The notes under the pieces: model-generated
What the model saw: only the letters and a program-made list of their open reading frames with translations
Databases searched by the model: none
What the model was told of the DNA's origin: nothing
Position numbers and translations under genes: made by a program
Source: an uncultured archaeon
GTDB taxonomy: Archaea; Iainarchaeota; Iainarchaeia; Iainarchaeales; Iainarchaeaceae
NCBI GenBank assembly: GCA_964577555.1
Contig: CAZNZM010000001.1
Location: 1-32,000 of the forward strand
Length of the DNA: 32,000 nucleotides
Direction: 5' to 3'
In this document: positions 1 through 9,263 of the stretch, one piece after another
Layout: every line of letters starts with the position of its first letter
How positions within the stretch are numbered: position 1 is the first letter of the stretch

Positions 1-425
1 TAAAAAAAAATACAAGCAGTTTAACAACAACTTTAAGACTCAAATAGCAAAAAAACAAAATTTCAAACAAAAAAACCGAGCCAGAAAAAAACAAAATTTT
101 ATGGGAAAAAAATGGCTCAACAAAAACAAAATTAATTTTAAAAAAAATTAAAAAAAATAAAAAAAGTCTAAAAAAAACAAATTCACAAAAAAAATTGCCC
201 CGCAAAAAAATAATACAAAAAAAACAACAAAAAAATTACCAAAAAAAACAAAATTGGCTCGCAAAAAAAATAAATTAAACAAAAAAACATGACAACAAAA
301 ATAAAAAAAATAAAAAGGCTCGCCAAACAAAAATAAACACAAAAAAAACAAACAAAAAATAAATGGTTTGCAAAAAAAACATCAAAAAAACGCTTTGTAA
401 ACTTTGTAAAATTTCTTCTTTGCAA
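1..425. repeat. Extremely A-rich/T-poor (+ strand) low-complexity region with degenerate quasi-repeats
   Basis: A-tracts interrupted by C; cores TGGCTCAAC (113), TTGCCCCGCAAAAAAA (195), TTGGCTCGCAAAAAAAA (254), AGGCTCGCC (316), TGGTTTGCAAAAAAAAC (364). Confidence 0.6.
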
Positions 426-632
426 ATAAAAAAATTTGGTTTTATTAAAAATTGGGATTTGACATCGTGGTAAAAATATTTTTTATTTTTAAACTATGGC
501 TTGCTTCTCTTGTCAAAAAAATTTCTGTTTTGGCTTTTTTTCATAAAATTTCGGCTTTATAAACCGCGGAGCCGCATTTGACAAAAAACCGGGTTTTCTT
601 CAAAGGGCTTTTTGAGAAAGCTTTTTAAAGCC

Positions 633-645
633 TCTTATATATTAG
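633..645 (+). promoter_or_regulatory. Candidate TATA box for the L3 operon (alternative at 729-737, GATATAAAT)
   Basis: CTTATATATTAG and GGGATATAAATG in the only long intergenic region upstream of the S10-type cluster. Confidence 0.35.
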
Positions 646-825
646 AGTTTAAGACGGAAAGAAGAGGCGGATTGCTTTTTTTCTTTTTGTCTAAGCGTGT
701 AAACTGTATTCCAAGTAAACTTCTTGGGATATAAATGCACAAAACGCCTTATTATTGCAATTTTGCTTGCAGGGTTTTTTGCATTTTGTTTTATTATTTG
801 GGTTGGATTTTTAGGTTGGATTTGA

Positions 826-1860
826 ATGGGTGCAGGTAAACCGCGTTCTGGTAGCCTTGGTTTTTATCCAAGGGTTAGAGCAGCTAAGCATCTTGCTGTT
901 TTTTCTACTTATCCGAATATTGAAGGAATGGGAGCAAAGCCGTTGAATTTTGTTGGCTATAAAGTTGGCATGGCGCCTGTTTTTGGGAAAAATTCACATG
1001 ACAAGAGTCCTGGTTTTGGGCTTGAAACCCTTATTGGCTCTACTGTTATTGAGTGTCCGCCTGTCAAGGTGATTGGTTGTCGTGTTTATGGAAAGGAGCA
1101 TTATGGCAAGAAGGCTCTTGGAGAGGCGACTGTTGAAAAGGCTGGTAAATATTTGAAAAGGAAAATCAAGGCGTTTAAGCAAAAAGGTAAAAAGTCTAAA
1201 GAAGAAAAAAAGTATGTTTCTATTGAGGATCTTGAAAATTTGAAGGACAAGGCGGTTGATGTTGTTTTGATTTGTGAAACCCAGCCAAGTCTTACTGGCA
1301 TTGGAAAGAAGAAGCCTGATGTTTTTGAAATGCATCTTTCTGGTTCTGTTGAGGAGAAATTTGCTTTTGCAAAAGGCAAATTTGGAAAGGAATTGAAGGT
1401 TTCGGATGTTTTTGTTGCAACTGATTTTGTTGATGTAAAGGCTGTTGATAAGGGAAAGGGTTTTCAGGGTGTTGTCAAGAGGTTTGGGGTTAAAGTTCAT
1501 AGGCCAAAGTCAAAAACCAGGAGAATTGTTGGTTCGATTGGTCCTTGGCATCCGCCTACTGTAATGTGGACTGTTCCTCGTGCGGGACAAATGGGTTATC
1601 AGACAAGAACCGAGTTGAACAAGAGGGTTCTTGCTGTGGAAAGCAAGCCTGAGCTTGTGAATCCTAAAAGTGGTTTTACTAATTATGGGGTTGTGAGGAA
1701 TGATTATGTTGTTTTGGCTGGTTCGGTGCCTGGTTCTCTGAAAAGACCTGTTTCTTTGAGGCATGCTATAAGAAAGCATGATGAGAATTTGCAAAAGTAT
1801 GTTGATATAAAATTGCCTAATGTTGTTGGTTATTCTGAAACCAAGGTGAAATCCGGATGA
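826..1860 (+). CDS. rpl3: 50S ribosomal protein L3 (uL3)
   Basis: 344 aa ORF with ATG start; archaeal uL3 N-terminus (RSGSLGFYPRVRAAKH...FVGYKVGMAPV) and TEIN-like region; first gene of the S10-type order; 4-nt overlap with L4. Confidence 0.97.
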   Translation: MGAGKPRSGSLGFYPRVRAAKHLAVFSTYPNIEGMGAKPLNFVGYKVGMAPVFGKNSHDKSPGFGLETLIGSTVIECPPVKVIGCRVYGKEHYGKKALGEATVEKAGKYLKRKIKAFKQKGKKSKEEKKYVSIEDLENLKDKAVDVVLICETQPSLTGIGKKKPDVFEMHLSGSVEEKFAFAKGKFGKELKVSDVFVATDFVDVKAVDKGKGFQGVVKRFGVKVHRPKSKTRRIVGSIGPWHPPTVMWTVPRAGQMGYQTRTELNKRVLAVESKPELVNPKSGFTNYGVVRNDYVVLAGSVPGSLKRPVSLRHAIRKHDENLQKYVDIKLPNVVGYSETKVKSG

Positions 1861-2666
1861 AAGCGCAAATAGTTTCTGTTGATGGTGTAAAGGTTTCTGA
1901 CATTGAGTTGCCCAGCCAATTCAAGGCAAGAATTGATGAGAATCTTATTAAAAGGGCTGTTCAGGCTATTCGGAGTGCGGGTGTTCAAGTCAAGTATCCT
2001 TATATTTATTCTGGCAGATATAACACTGCCGCTTATGTTGGTTTCAGGGGCAAACCTGCACAATACAGGTCAATAAATATTGAGAGGGCCAGAAAGCCAA
2101 AACTTAAAAATAGAAGGGGTCTTGCTTCAGGGCAAGTGGCAAGTATTCCTGCTGTTGTTAAAGGCCCAAAGGCTCATCCGCCAAAAAAGGAAAAGATTTG
2201 GGCGGAAAAGATAAACAAGAAGGAGAAAAGAAAGGCAACTGTTTCAGCTATTGCCGCGACTGCGGATGCTGAACTTGTTAGAAAAAGAGGGCATTTTTTG
2301 CCAAAAAATTTGCAATTGCCTATTGTTGTTGAACAAAAGTTTGAGGATATTGAAAAGACGAAGAATGTTGTCAAGTCGCTTGAAGCAATAGGTGTTTTTG
2401 CAGATGTGGAAAGGGCGAAAGCCAAGAGGAAAATAAGGGCTGGAAAAGGCAAGAAGCGAGGAAGAAGATATAAGATTAGAAAAAGTCTTCTTATTGTTGC
2501 AAAATCTTCTGGAAAAATTTCTAAGGCATGCCGAAATATTCCTGGCGTGGATATTGTGAGCGTGAAAGATCTTAATGCTGATGTTCTTGCTCCTGGCGGA
2601 GTTCCTGGAAGGCTTACTGTGTGGACTGAAGGAGCTGTAAGGGAATTGGCTGGCAAACAGGCGTGA
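1857..2666 (+). CDS. rpl4: 50S ribosomal protein L4 (uL4)
   Basis: ORF 269 aa; RAGKGKKRGRRYKIRKSLLIV, NIPGVDIVSVKDLNADVLAPGGVPGRLTVWTEGAV; syntenic. Confidence 0.97.
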   Translation: MKAQIVSVDGVKVSDIELPSQFKARIDENLIKRAVQAIRSAGVQVKYPYIYSGRYNTAAYVGFRGKPAQYRSINIERARKPKLKNRRGLASGQVASIPAVVKGPKAHPPKKEKIWAEKINKKEKRKATVSAIAATADAELVRKRGHFLPKNLQLPIVVEQKFEDIEKTKNVVKSLEAIGVFADVERAKAKRKIRAGKGKKRGRRYKIRKSLLIVAKSSGKISKACRNIPGVDIVSVKDLNADVLAPGGVPGRLTVWTEGAVRELAGKQA

Positions 2667-2672
2667 TTTTTT

Positions 2673-3122
2673 ATGGTTGAAGAAAAAAAAGTGAAAGCAG
2701 TGAAGAAGGAAAAGGTTGTGAGAGTGAAAGAAAAAAGCGATAAGCAAGTTGCTGAGGTTAAGAAGCCTGTTTCAAAGCCTGTTGAGAAATTAGAAGAAAA
2801 AAAACAAGTTGTTGGCGAGGCGCAAGTTTCTGGCGAAAGCGAGAAAGATATTGAGCAAAAAATGAATGAAATGGGTTTGATTAAGCATGCTCTTATAACT
2901 GAAAAATCTGTTAACATGATTGATGCGGAAAATAAAATTGTTTTTATAGTGGATTCAAATGCGAACAAGATAAAGACAAAGAAGGCTGTTGAAGACCTTT
3001 ACAAAGTCAAAGTCAAAAAAGTCAATATAATAAGGGATCAAAAAGGCAGAAAAAAGGCCATTGTAAGCATTGATAAAAAATTCAAGGCTGGAGATGTTGC
3101 TACAAAATTGGGAGTTGTGTAA
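2673..3122 (+). CDS. rpl23: 50S ribosomal protein L23 (uL23) with about 60 aa Lys/Glu-rich N-terminal extension
   Basis: C-terminal half HALITEKSVNMIDAENKIVFIVDSNANKIKTKKAVEDLYKVKVKKVNI is typical uL23; position between L4 and L2. Confidence 0.95.
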   Translation: MVEEKKVKAVKKEKVVRVKEKSDKQVAEVKKPVSKPVEKLEEKKQVVGEAQVSGESEKDIEQKMNEMGLIKHALITEKSVNMIDAENKIVFIVDSNANKIKTKKAVEDLYKVKVKKVNIIRDQKGRKKAIVSIDKKFKAGDVATKLGVV

Positions 3123-3845
3123 ATGCCTAAAAGACTGAAAACGCAAGCAAGGGGTAAGGGCGGACCGGTTTGGGTTGCAACTACTAGGGGTACGGCTGTT
3201 TCAAGGTATGCCAATTTTGACGCCGATTCTGAAGAAGTCATTAAAGGCGAGGTTGTAGAGCTTTTGAATGATAGTGCAAGAACCGGGGTGCTTGCAAGAA
3301 TTGTTTTGGATAATGGTGGTGAAGAATATATAATTGCGGCTGAAGGTCTTAAAGTTGGGCAAAGAATAGAGCATGGGAAAAATGCTGGTATTGAAATAGG
3401 AAACGTTAAAACTCTTGGCAGTTGCATAGAAGGTTGTCCTGTTTTCAATATTGAAAAATATCCTGGAGATGGCGGGTCAATGGTTAGAAGTTCTGGGGCG
3501 TACGCGTTAATACTTTCAAAAGACAACAAGTCAGTGTTTGTAAAGATGCCGTCTGGAAAAATAGTCCAATTTGAACCTAGTGTTAGGGCTACTATTGGCA
3601 TGGCTGGTTGTGGTGGCAGAACTGACAAGCCTTTTATTAAAGCAGGCAATAAATTGATTGCAATGAAGAGAAGGCATAAAAAATATCCAATAGTTAGAGG
3701 TATTGCAAAGAATGCAAAGGATCATCCTTTTGGCGGTGGTAATCATCATCCCGGAAAATCAAAATCAACTTCTCGTGGAGCACCGCCTGGCAGAAAAGTC
3801 GGGGACATTGCTTCAAGAAGAACAGGGAGGGTCAAAAAGAATTAA
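3123..3845 (+). CDS. rpl2: 50S ribosomal protein L2 (uL2)
   Basis: GMAGCGGRTDKPFIKAGNKL...VRGIAKNAKDHPFGGGNHH motif; 240 aa. Confidence 0.98.
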   Translation: MPKRLKTQARGKGGPVWVATTRGTAVSRYANFDADSEEVIKGEVVELLNDSARTGVLARIVLDNGGEEYIIAAEGLKVGQRIEHGKNAGIEIGNVKTLGSCIEGCPVFNIEKYPGDGGSMVRSSGAYALILSKDNKSVFVKMPSGKIVQFEPSVRATIGMAGCGGRTDKPFIKAGNKLIAMKRRHKKYPIVRGIAKNAKDHPFGGGNHHPGKSKSTSRGAPPGRKVGDIASRRTGRVKKN

Positions 3846-3866
3846 TTTTTTGGCAGAGGTTTTTTT

Positions 3867-4283
3867 ATGGCGAGAAAAGAATTCACTTACAGGGGAAAAA
3901 CACTTGAAGAACTCAAAAAAATGAGCGTTGAAGATTTTGCAAAAATTTGCACTGCAAGGGTGAGAAGAAGTATAACAAGGCAAGCCAAGACAAAACCTTT
4001 TGTCCACATTATGAAAAAGATAAAAAAATATTTGGAAGCTTATAAAGGCGGCAAACAACCAAAGCCAATCAGGACCCATTGGAGAGACTTGGTGATTTTT
4101 CCGAATATGATTGGAGTGGCTTTTGCAGTTCATAACGGAAAAGAATTCAATCAGGTAAATGTGAATGAAAAAATGCTTGGTCATTATTTGGGTGAATTTG
4201 CGCTTACCAGAAAGAAGCTTACACATGGAAAAGCTGGAATCGGAGCTACAAAGAGCTCAACAGCAATAGCTGCAAGGAAATGA
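3867..4283 (+). CDS. rps19: 30S ribosomal protein S19 (uS19)
   Basis: KPIRTHWRDLVIFPNMIGVAFAVHNGKEFNQVNVNEKMLGHYLGEFALTRK. Confidence 0.97.
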   Translation: MARKEFTYRGKTLEELKKMSVEDFAKICTARVRRSITRQAKTKPFVHIMKKIKKYLEAYKGGKQPKPIRTHWRDLVIFPNMIGVAFAVHNGKEFNQVNVNEKMLGHYLGEFALTRKKLTHGKAGIGATKSSTAIAARK

Positions 4284-4759
4284 TTGATATGGTGAAGAAA
4301 AATCTGCAAATACAAAAATTTAATTCGAAAAAAACTGCTTGCGCTGTTGTGAAGAACAAGCCTGTTTCGTTAAAGTATGTATTAGAAGCGGCTAGGATTA
4401 TAAAAGGGAAAAGAGTGGATGACGCAATTGATTATTTGAAAAGGGTGGAGTCTATGCGTGAACATCTTCCTTTGAGGGTTTATCGTGGAAAAGTTGCGCA
4501 TAGAAAAGGCGAGGCAAAAAATTATACTAAAGCTGGGCGTTATCCTGTCAAAGTTGCTAAAGCTTTGATTGAACTTTTGGAACTTGCGAAATCTAATGCT
4601 GATTTTAAGGGACTTGACTCTGAAAATCTTCTTATTATGCATATGTTTGCTTCACAAGGTTTTAGAAGGGCTTCTTATCAAACGCATGGAAGAATTTCTG
4701 GGAAAAGAAGGCTTAGAAAATCTTGCCATATAGAAGTTGTTGTGATGGAGGCGAGGTAA
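4280..4759 (+). CDS. rpl22: 50S ribosomal protein L22 (uL22); start may be 4280 or 4289
   Basis: YVLEAARIIKGKRVDDAIDYL...GRISGKRRLRKSCHIEVVVME; 4-nt ATGA overlap with S19. Confidence 0.96.
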   Translation: MIDMVKKNLQIQKFNSKKTACAVVKNKPVSLKYVLEAARIIKGKRVDDAIDYLKRVESMREHLPLRVYRGKVAHRKGEAKNYTKAGRYPVKVAKALIELLELAKSNADFKGLDSENLLIMHMFASQGFRRASYQTHGRISGKRRLRKSCHIEVVVMEAR

Positions 4760-4760
4760 T

Positions 4761-5594
4761 TTGATTGAAAAGACGTTTGTAATTCAGGGAATAAAGAAGC
4801 TTGAAATAGATGATTACTTGGCAAAGGAATTGGACAAAGCTGGTTTTACAAAGTCTGAAATAATGAAAACCCCTTTGGTTACAAGGATTGTGGTAAATGT
4901 TACGAGGCCCGGGCTTGCAATCGGAAAGAGTGGAAGCAATATACAAACGCTTACAGAAACAATTGCAAAAAAATTCGGAATTGACAATCCGCAGTTGGAA
5001 ATAAGGGAAATACAAAATGCTGAACTTGACGCACAAGCTGTTGCAAATAAGATAAAGGCGCTTATTGAAAAAGGTTTTTCTTGGAGAAGTGTTGTTTTCA
5101 AGTCTTTGCAGGATGTAAAGAAGGCCGGAGCCCAAGGCGTTGAAATAATTGTAAGTGGTAAAATTACTGGAAAAGCTGGAAGAAAGAAAAAAATGAGGTT
5201 TGCAGATGGGTATATGAAAAAAATTGGAGAGCAGGCAAGATTGGTGGATTATGGCGCGGCATCTGCTTATCCGAAAGTTGGTGCTATAGGAATAAAAGTC
5301 AGGATTGTAAAGCCGAACACTATTTTCCAAGACAAGTTAAAGATAGAGGATTATATCAAGAAAAAAGAGCAAAACGATTCTGTTGAACCAAAGCAGGAAG
5401 CTGAATCATCCGGAAAAGAACAAAAAGATGAAAATGCGAAGCCTGAAAGCGAAAGAAAAGAGTCTGAAAATACAAAGCCTGAAGAAAAAGAAAAAAAGAA
5501 GGTTAAAAACAAGGAGAATGTGAAAAGAAATGGCGCTGAAACAATTTCAAAGACCGAAACCGATGAAATAAAGCATGAGGTGGCAAAGCAATGA
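4761..5594 (+). CDS. rps3: 30S ribosomal protein S3 (uS3), KH domain, with about 75 aa charged low-complexity C-terminal tail; TTG start
   Basis: TRIVVNVTRPGLAIGKSGSNIQTLTETIAKKFGIDNPQLEI; GAQGVEIIVSGKITGKAGRKKKMRFADGYMKKIG. Confidence 0.96.
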   Translation: MIEKTFVIQGIKKLEIDDYLAKELDKAGFTKSEIMKTPLVTRIVVNVTRPGLAIGKSGSNIQTLTETIAKKFGIDNPQLEIREIQNAELDAQAVANKIKALIEKGFSWRSVVFKSLQDVKKAGAQGVEIIVSGKITGKAGRKKKMRFADGYMKKIGEQARLVDYGAASAYPKVGAIGIKVRIVKPNTIFQDKLKIEDYIKKKEQNDSVEPKQEAESSGKEQKDENAKPESERKESENTKPEEKEKKKVKNKENVKRNGAETISKTETDEIKHEVAKQ

Positions 5595-5806
5595 GCAGAA
5601 AGAAACTTGCGCCGATTAGGGACAAGTCAATAGGGGAAATTGAAGCTGAAATAATTCAATTGCAGAGCGAGCTTTCAAAGGAAAAGGCTTCTGTTGCTTC
5701 TGGCACAAGGGCGGAAAAGCCTTCAAAAATAAGAAATGCGAGGAGGAAAATAGCAAGATTGCTTACGATAATTAATGAAAAAAGAAAAGGGGTGAGCAAG
5801 AAATAA
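5591..5806 (+). CDS. rpl29: 50S ribosomal protein L29 (uL29)
   Basis: 71 aa; EIEAEIIQLQSELSKEK...PSKIRNARRKIARLLTIINEK; syntenic. Confidence 0.95.
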   Translation: MSRKKLAPIRDKSIGEIEAEIIQLQSELSKEKASVASGTRAEKPSKIRNARRKIARLLTIINEKRKGVSKK

Positions 5807-6108
5807 TGGTTGAAATAGATAAGGTAACTGGGTTGCCAAAGGATTTGCTTGATTTTGGGGACATAAAAAAGGAAACCCAAAAAATCAAAATAAGGGAAAT
5901 GCAAAGAAGGTTTGGCAAATTCGTTACTGTCCTGACAGGTTTGGATGATGCTGAGGAAGCAAAAAGGCTTGAAAAGGAAATGAAAACAAAGCTTGCTTGT
6001 GGCGGCACTGTGAAAGGCACGGAAATTGTTTTGCAGGGCAAGCATCAAAAAAAAGTAAAAGAGATTTTGTTGAAAAACGGATACAAAGAGGAATTGATTG
6101 ATGCTTAA
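5806..6108 (+). CDS. Translation initiation factor 1 (aIF1/SUI1)
   Basis: RFGKFVTVLTGLDDAEEAKRLEKEMKTKLACGGTVKGTEIVLQGKHQKKVKEILLKNGY is SUI1; TAATG overlap with L29. Confidence 0.96.
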   Translation: MVEIDKVTGLPKDLLDFGDIKKETQKIKIREMQRRFGKFVTVLTGLDDAEEAKRLEKEMKTKLACGGTVKGTEIVLQGKHQKKVKEILLKNGYKEELIDA

Positions 6109-6388
6109 AGGAAAAATGTATTGCATTAACGGTGAAAATATTATGGCGCATGAAATGATTGGATTGGAAGTAAGGGCTTTTTATGGCGTGAAAGAATTGG
6201 TTTCTGGAGTCATAATTGATGAAACTAAAAATACTTTCAAAATAGAGAACCATAAAGGCTTGGAAAAAATCGTCCCAAAAAAAGGCAATGTTTTCGAGTT
6301 TGTAATTGGAAATAAAAAGGTTGTTGTGGAGGGAAAAAATATATTGTATTCTCCAGCAGCCAGGTTGAAGGCACTTTGGAGGAATTGA
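6101..6388 (+). CDS. rnp1: Ribonuclease P protein component 1 (Rpp29/Pop4)
   Basis: [51 protein letters not shown]; archaeal Rpp29 position between SUI1 and S17; ATG at 6101 preferred over the TTG at 6098. Confidence 0.92.
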   Translation: MLKGKMYCINGENIMAHEMIGLEVRAFYGVKELVSGVIIDETKNTFKIENHKGLEKIVPKKGNVFEFVIGNKKVVVEGKNILYSPAARLKALWRN

Positions 6389-6389
6389 A

Positions 6390-6674
6390 GTGGAGAAAAA
6401 AAGCAAGGACGCGGGTTTGAGTATAAGGGGTTCGATGCTTACTGGCAAGGTTGTTAGCACAAAAATGCCTAAAACGGTTGTAGTTGAAAGAACCATTGTA
6501 AGGTATGTGCCAAAGTATGAGCGGTACAAAAAAATAAAGTCAAAGATAAAAGCCCATAATCCTGATAATGTTAAAGCAAGGGAAGGGGACTTTGTAAGAA
6601 TTGCTGAGACAAGAAAACTCAGCAAAACCAAAAATTTTGTGGTTGTTGAAATTATTAAGAGGGGAAAGAAATGA
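6390..6674 (+). CDS. rps17: 30S ribosomal protein S17 (uS17); GTG start
   Basis: [70 protein letters not shown]. Confidence 0.97.
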   Translation: MEKKSKDAGLSIRGSMLTGKVVSTKMPKTVVVERTIVRYVPKYERYKKIKSKIKAHNPDNVKAREGDFVRIAETRKLSKTKNFVVVEIIKRGKK

Positions 6675-7069
6675 AAGGGATTACTGCAAATGTTGTCAGG
6701 TCGCTTGGACATGGAAGCATATGCACTTGTGCCGACAACTCTGGAGCGAAAGAAGTTAAGATAATTACAGTTTACAAGTACAAATCCGTAAAGAACAGGC
6801 AGCCTAGGGGCGGCATTGCAGACATGGTTAATGTGGTGGTTAAAAAAGGAAAACCTGAAATGAGAAAAAAAGTAGAGAAAGCTGTTATTGTGAGGGTAAA
6901 AAAAGAGTACCGTAGACCTGATGGAACTAGAATAAAATTCGAGGACAATGCAGTGGTTTTGGTTGATGAAAAAGGCATGCCAAAAGGCTCGGAAGTAAAA
7001 GGAGTTGTTGCAAAAGAAGTTGGGGAAAGATTTCCAAAAATTGCCGGAATAAGCTCGGGGGTAGTGTGA
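6671..7069 (+). CDS. rpl14: 50S ribosomal protein L14 (uL14)
   Basis: [24 protein letters not shown]...[39 protein letters not shown]. Confidence 0.98.
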   Translation: MKGITANVVRSLGHGSICTCADNSGAKEVKIITVYKYKSVKNRQPRGGIADMVNVVVKKGKPEMRKKVEKAVIVRVKKEYRRPDGTRIKFEDNAVVLVDEKGMPKGSEVKGVVAKEVGERFPKIAGISSGVV

Positions 7070-7453
7070 ATGAAATTTGGAAGCTCAAAACCTTCTAAAA
7101 AAAGAGCAAGGTATTATGGCAAGCCATTGCATAAAATAGGCAATGATTTTAGCGTACATCTTTCAAAGGAGCTTAGGACTCAATTGAAGCGAAGAAACCT
7201 TGAATGCCGCAAAGGCGACACGGTAAAAATTGTGAGAGGTGGAAAACAATTCATTGGCAAGCAGGGTAAAATTGTGGAAATAAGGAGAAAAAAGAGGCAA
7301 GTGCTTATTGAAGGGATTGTTAGAAAAAAATCAAACGGACAGGAAGTTCTTGTACCTTTCAGGCCAAGCAATTTAATAATTGTAGGGATTGATGACAAGG
7401 ATTCAAGAAGATTCAAAGCAAAGAAAAAAGACGAAGCAAAAGGAGCAAAGTGA
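7070..7453 (+). CDS. rpl24: 50S ribosomal protein L24 (uL24), KOW domain
   Basis: LHKIGNDFSVHLSKELRTQLKRRNLECRKGDTVKIVRGGKQFIGKQGKIVEI. Confidence 0.95.
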   Translation: MKFGSSKPSKKRARYYGKPLHKIGNDFSVHLSKELRTQLKRRNLECRKGDTVKIVRGGKQFIGKQGKIVEIRRKKRQVLIEGIVRKKSNGQEVLVPFRPSNLIIVGIDDKDSRRFKAKKKDEAKGAK

Positions 7454-7458
7454 TTTTG

Positions 7459-8184
7459 ATGGCAAACAGAGGAGAAAGAAAAAGGCAAAAATCCATTTCG
7501 GCGCCTAATGTCAGGCACTTTAACAGAAAAGAAAATACTTTCACACCAAGGTCAAAACCGGGGCCTCACAACAAAGAAATGTCGGTTCCGCTTTCATTTT
7601 GCATTAAATTTATTTTGGGTATTGCAAACCATTCCAAAGAAGCAAAGAATTTGATTGCAAACGGCAAGATAAAGGTAAATGGAAAGGTTAGAAAAAGTCT
7701 TTCTTTTCCTGTTGGCTTATTTGATGTTGTTGAAATTGTTGAGCCAAAAATCTTTTTCAGGGTATTTCTTGACAAGAAAGGCAGGTTGAAAATGAAAGAA
7801 ATAGACGAAAAATCAGCGGCATTTAAAGTGTGTAAAGTTGTCGGAAAAAAAATTTCTAAGGGCGGTAAATTGTTGCTTGTGACAAATGAAGGGTTTACAA
7901 TTGATGCTGGAAAAGAAAAAGTCAATGTTGAAGACAGCATAAAAGTTTCTTTGCCTGCAATGAAGGTGGAAGAGGTTTATCCTATGGAAGTTGGTTCAAT
8001 TGCAATAATTGTTGGCGGAGTGCATGTTGGACAATTGGCAAAAGTTGAATCAATAGTTCCTGGAACAATGAATAGAGAAAAACTTGTAACTCTTGAAGCC
8101 AAAAATTCAAAATATCAAACAATAAGCGATTATGTTTTCATAGTTGGAAAAACAAAGCCGGAAACAGAGGTATTTGAAGAGTGA
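7459..8184 (+). CDS. rps4e: 30S ribosomal protein S4e (eS4)
   Basis: LSFCIKFILGIANHSKEAKNLIANGKIKVNGKVRKSLSFPVGLFDVVEI; ATG at 7459 preferred over GTG at 7450. Confidence 0.96.
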   Translation: MANRGERKRQKSISAPNVRHFNRKENTFTPRSKPGPHNKEMSVPLSFCIKFILGIANHSKEAKNLIANGKIKVNGKVRKSLSFPVGLFDVVEIVEPKIFFRVFLDKKGRLKMKEIDEKSAAFKVCKVVGKKISKGGKLLLVTNEGFTIDAGKEKVNVEDSIKVSLPAMKVEEVYPMEVGSIAIIVGGVHVGQLAKVESIVPGTMNREKLVTLEAKNSKYQTISDYVFIVGKTKPETEVFEE

Positions 8185-8190
8185 TTTTTT

Positions 8191-8700
8191 ATGGATAACC
8201 CGATGAAAAAACTAAGAATTGAAAAAGTTACTATCAACATAGGAGTTGGAAAGACGGGTGAAGAATTGGAAAAAGCGGGAACTATTTTGAAAATGATAAC
8301 TGGTGCAAAACCTGTTTTTACTGCCGCGAAAGTCAAACAGCCTACTTGGGGTATCAGAGAAGGTTTGACAATTGGTGCAAAAGTTACTCTTAGGGGGCAA
8401 TCTGCAATAAATTTTTTGAAGGACGCTTTTATTGCGGTTGATAATAAAATCAAGAAAAAGAGTTTTGACAAGTTTGGCAATTTCGGTTTTGGGGTAAAAG
8501 AATATATTGATATGCCAAAGGCAAAATATGATCCAAAACTTGGTATAAGGGGGTTTGATGTTCTTGTAACAATGGAAAGACCTGGGTATAGGATAAAAAA
8601 AAGAAAATTGAAGAAAACGCAAATAGGAAAAAGACATCTTGTTTCCGCGAATGAAGCAGCTGAATTTATAAAAGAAAAATTCGGGGTAGAGATTATATGA
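8191..8700 (+). CDS. rpl5: 50S ribosomal protein L5 (uL5)
   Basis: IEKVTINIGVGKTGEELEKAGTILKMITGAKPVFTAAKVKQPTWGIREGLTIGAKVTLRG. Confidence 0.97.
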   Translation: MDNPMKKLRIEKVTINIGVGKTGEELEKAGTILKMITGAKPVFTAAKVKQPTWGIREGLTIGAKVTLRGQSAINFLKDAFIAVDNKIKKKSFDKFGNFGFGVKEYIDMPKAKYDPKLGIRGFDVLVTMERPGYRIKKRKLKKTQIGKRHLVSANEAAEFIKEKFGVEII

Positions 8701-8855
8701 GCGAAAACAAAAAGAAAAAGCCGTACAAAGTTCAGCCAAAAATATGCAAAAGATGTGGTTCGCATAAAGGGGTTATAAGTAAGTATGGTATTGGGCTTTG
8801 CAGGAGATGTTTCAAGGATAATGCGGAAACAATAGGTTTCAGGAAGTATGATTAG
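8697..8855 (+). CDS. rps14: 30S ribosomal protein S14 type Z (uS14), 52 aa, absent from supplied ORF track
   Basis: Hand-translated: MSENKKKKPYKVQPKICKRCGSHKGVISKYGIGLCRRCFKDNAETIGFRKYD*; CxxC...CxxC zinc site; ATGA overlap with L5; syntenic between L5 and S8. Confidence 0.95.
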   Translation: MSENKKKKPYKVQPKICKRCGSHKGVISKYGIGLCRRCFKDNAETIGFRKYD

Positions 8856-8863
8856 GTGGTAAT

Positions 8864-9253
8864 ATGAAAAATGACACAATATCGGACGCTCTGATAAATA
8901 TCAAGAATCATGAGCAGGCGGCAAAAAAAGTTTGTTATTTGAAGCCGTCTTCAAAACTTTTGTTGGAAGTTTTGAGAATAATGAAAGAAGCTGGTTATAT
9001 TGGAAATTATGAAGTTGTTGAAGATGGAAAAGGCAACATGATAAAAGTTGAGTTGCTTGGAAAAATTAATCAATGCAGGGCAATAAAGCCAAGATATGCA
9101 GTAAAAAAGAATGAGTTTGAAAAATATGAGAAAAGATATTTGCCTTCGTTTGATGTTGGAACAATTATTGTATCAACTCCAAAAGGGGTTGTTACGCATT
9201 CGCAAGCTAAGGAAAAATATCTTGGCGGAAGGTTGATTGCTTACGTTTATTGA
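8864..9253 (+). CDS. rps8: 30S ribosomal protein S8 (uS8)
   Basis: DTISDALINIKNHEQAAKKVCYLKPSSKLLLEVLRIMKEAGYIGNYEVVEDGKGNMIKVELLGKINQCRAIKPR. Confidence 0.96.
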   Translation: MKNDTISDALINIKNHEQAAKKVCYLKPSSKLLLEVLRIMKEAGYIGNYEVVEDGKGNMIKVELLGKINQCRAIKPRYAVKKNEFEKYEKRYLPSFDVGTIIVSTPKGVVTHSQAKEKYLGGRLIAYVY

Positions 9254-9263
9254 GGTAACTTTT

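Noticed and set aside
148-425. Phe-rich 67-aa and 80-aa minus ORFs
   Set aside because: Translation of an A-rich low-complexity tract; not protein-like.
1-425. CRISPR array
   Set aside because: Units are degenerate, spacing irregular and spacers low-complexity; no cas genes nearby.
2174-2968. 264-aa and overlapping 167-aa minus ORFs
   Set aside because: Antisense of L4/L23, F/S-rich artefact of K/A-rich coding sequence.
5924-6712. 262-aa minus ORF
   Set aside because: Antisense to aIF1, Rpp29 and S17, which are all clearly recognised.
8130-8879. 249-aa minus ORF
   Set aside because: Antisense to L5 and S14; no domain signature.
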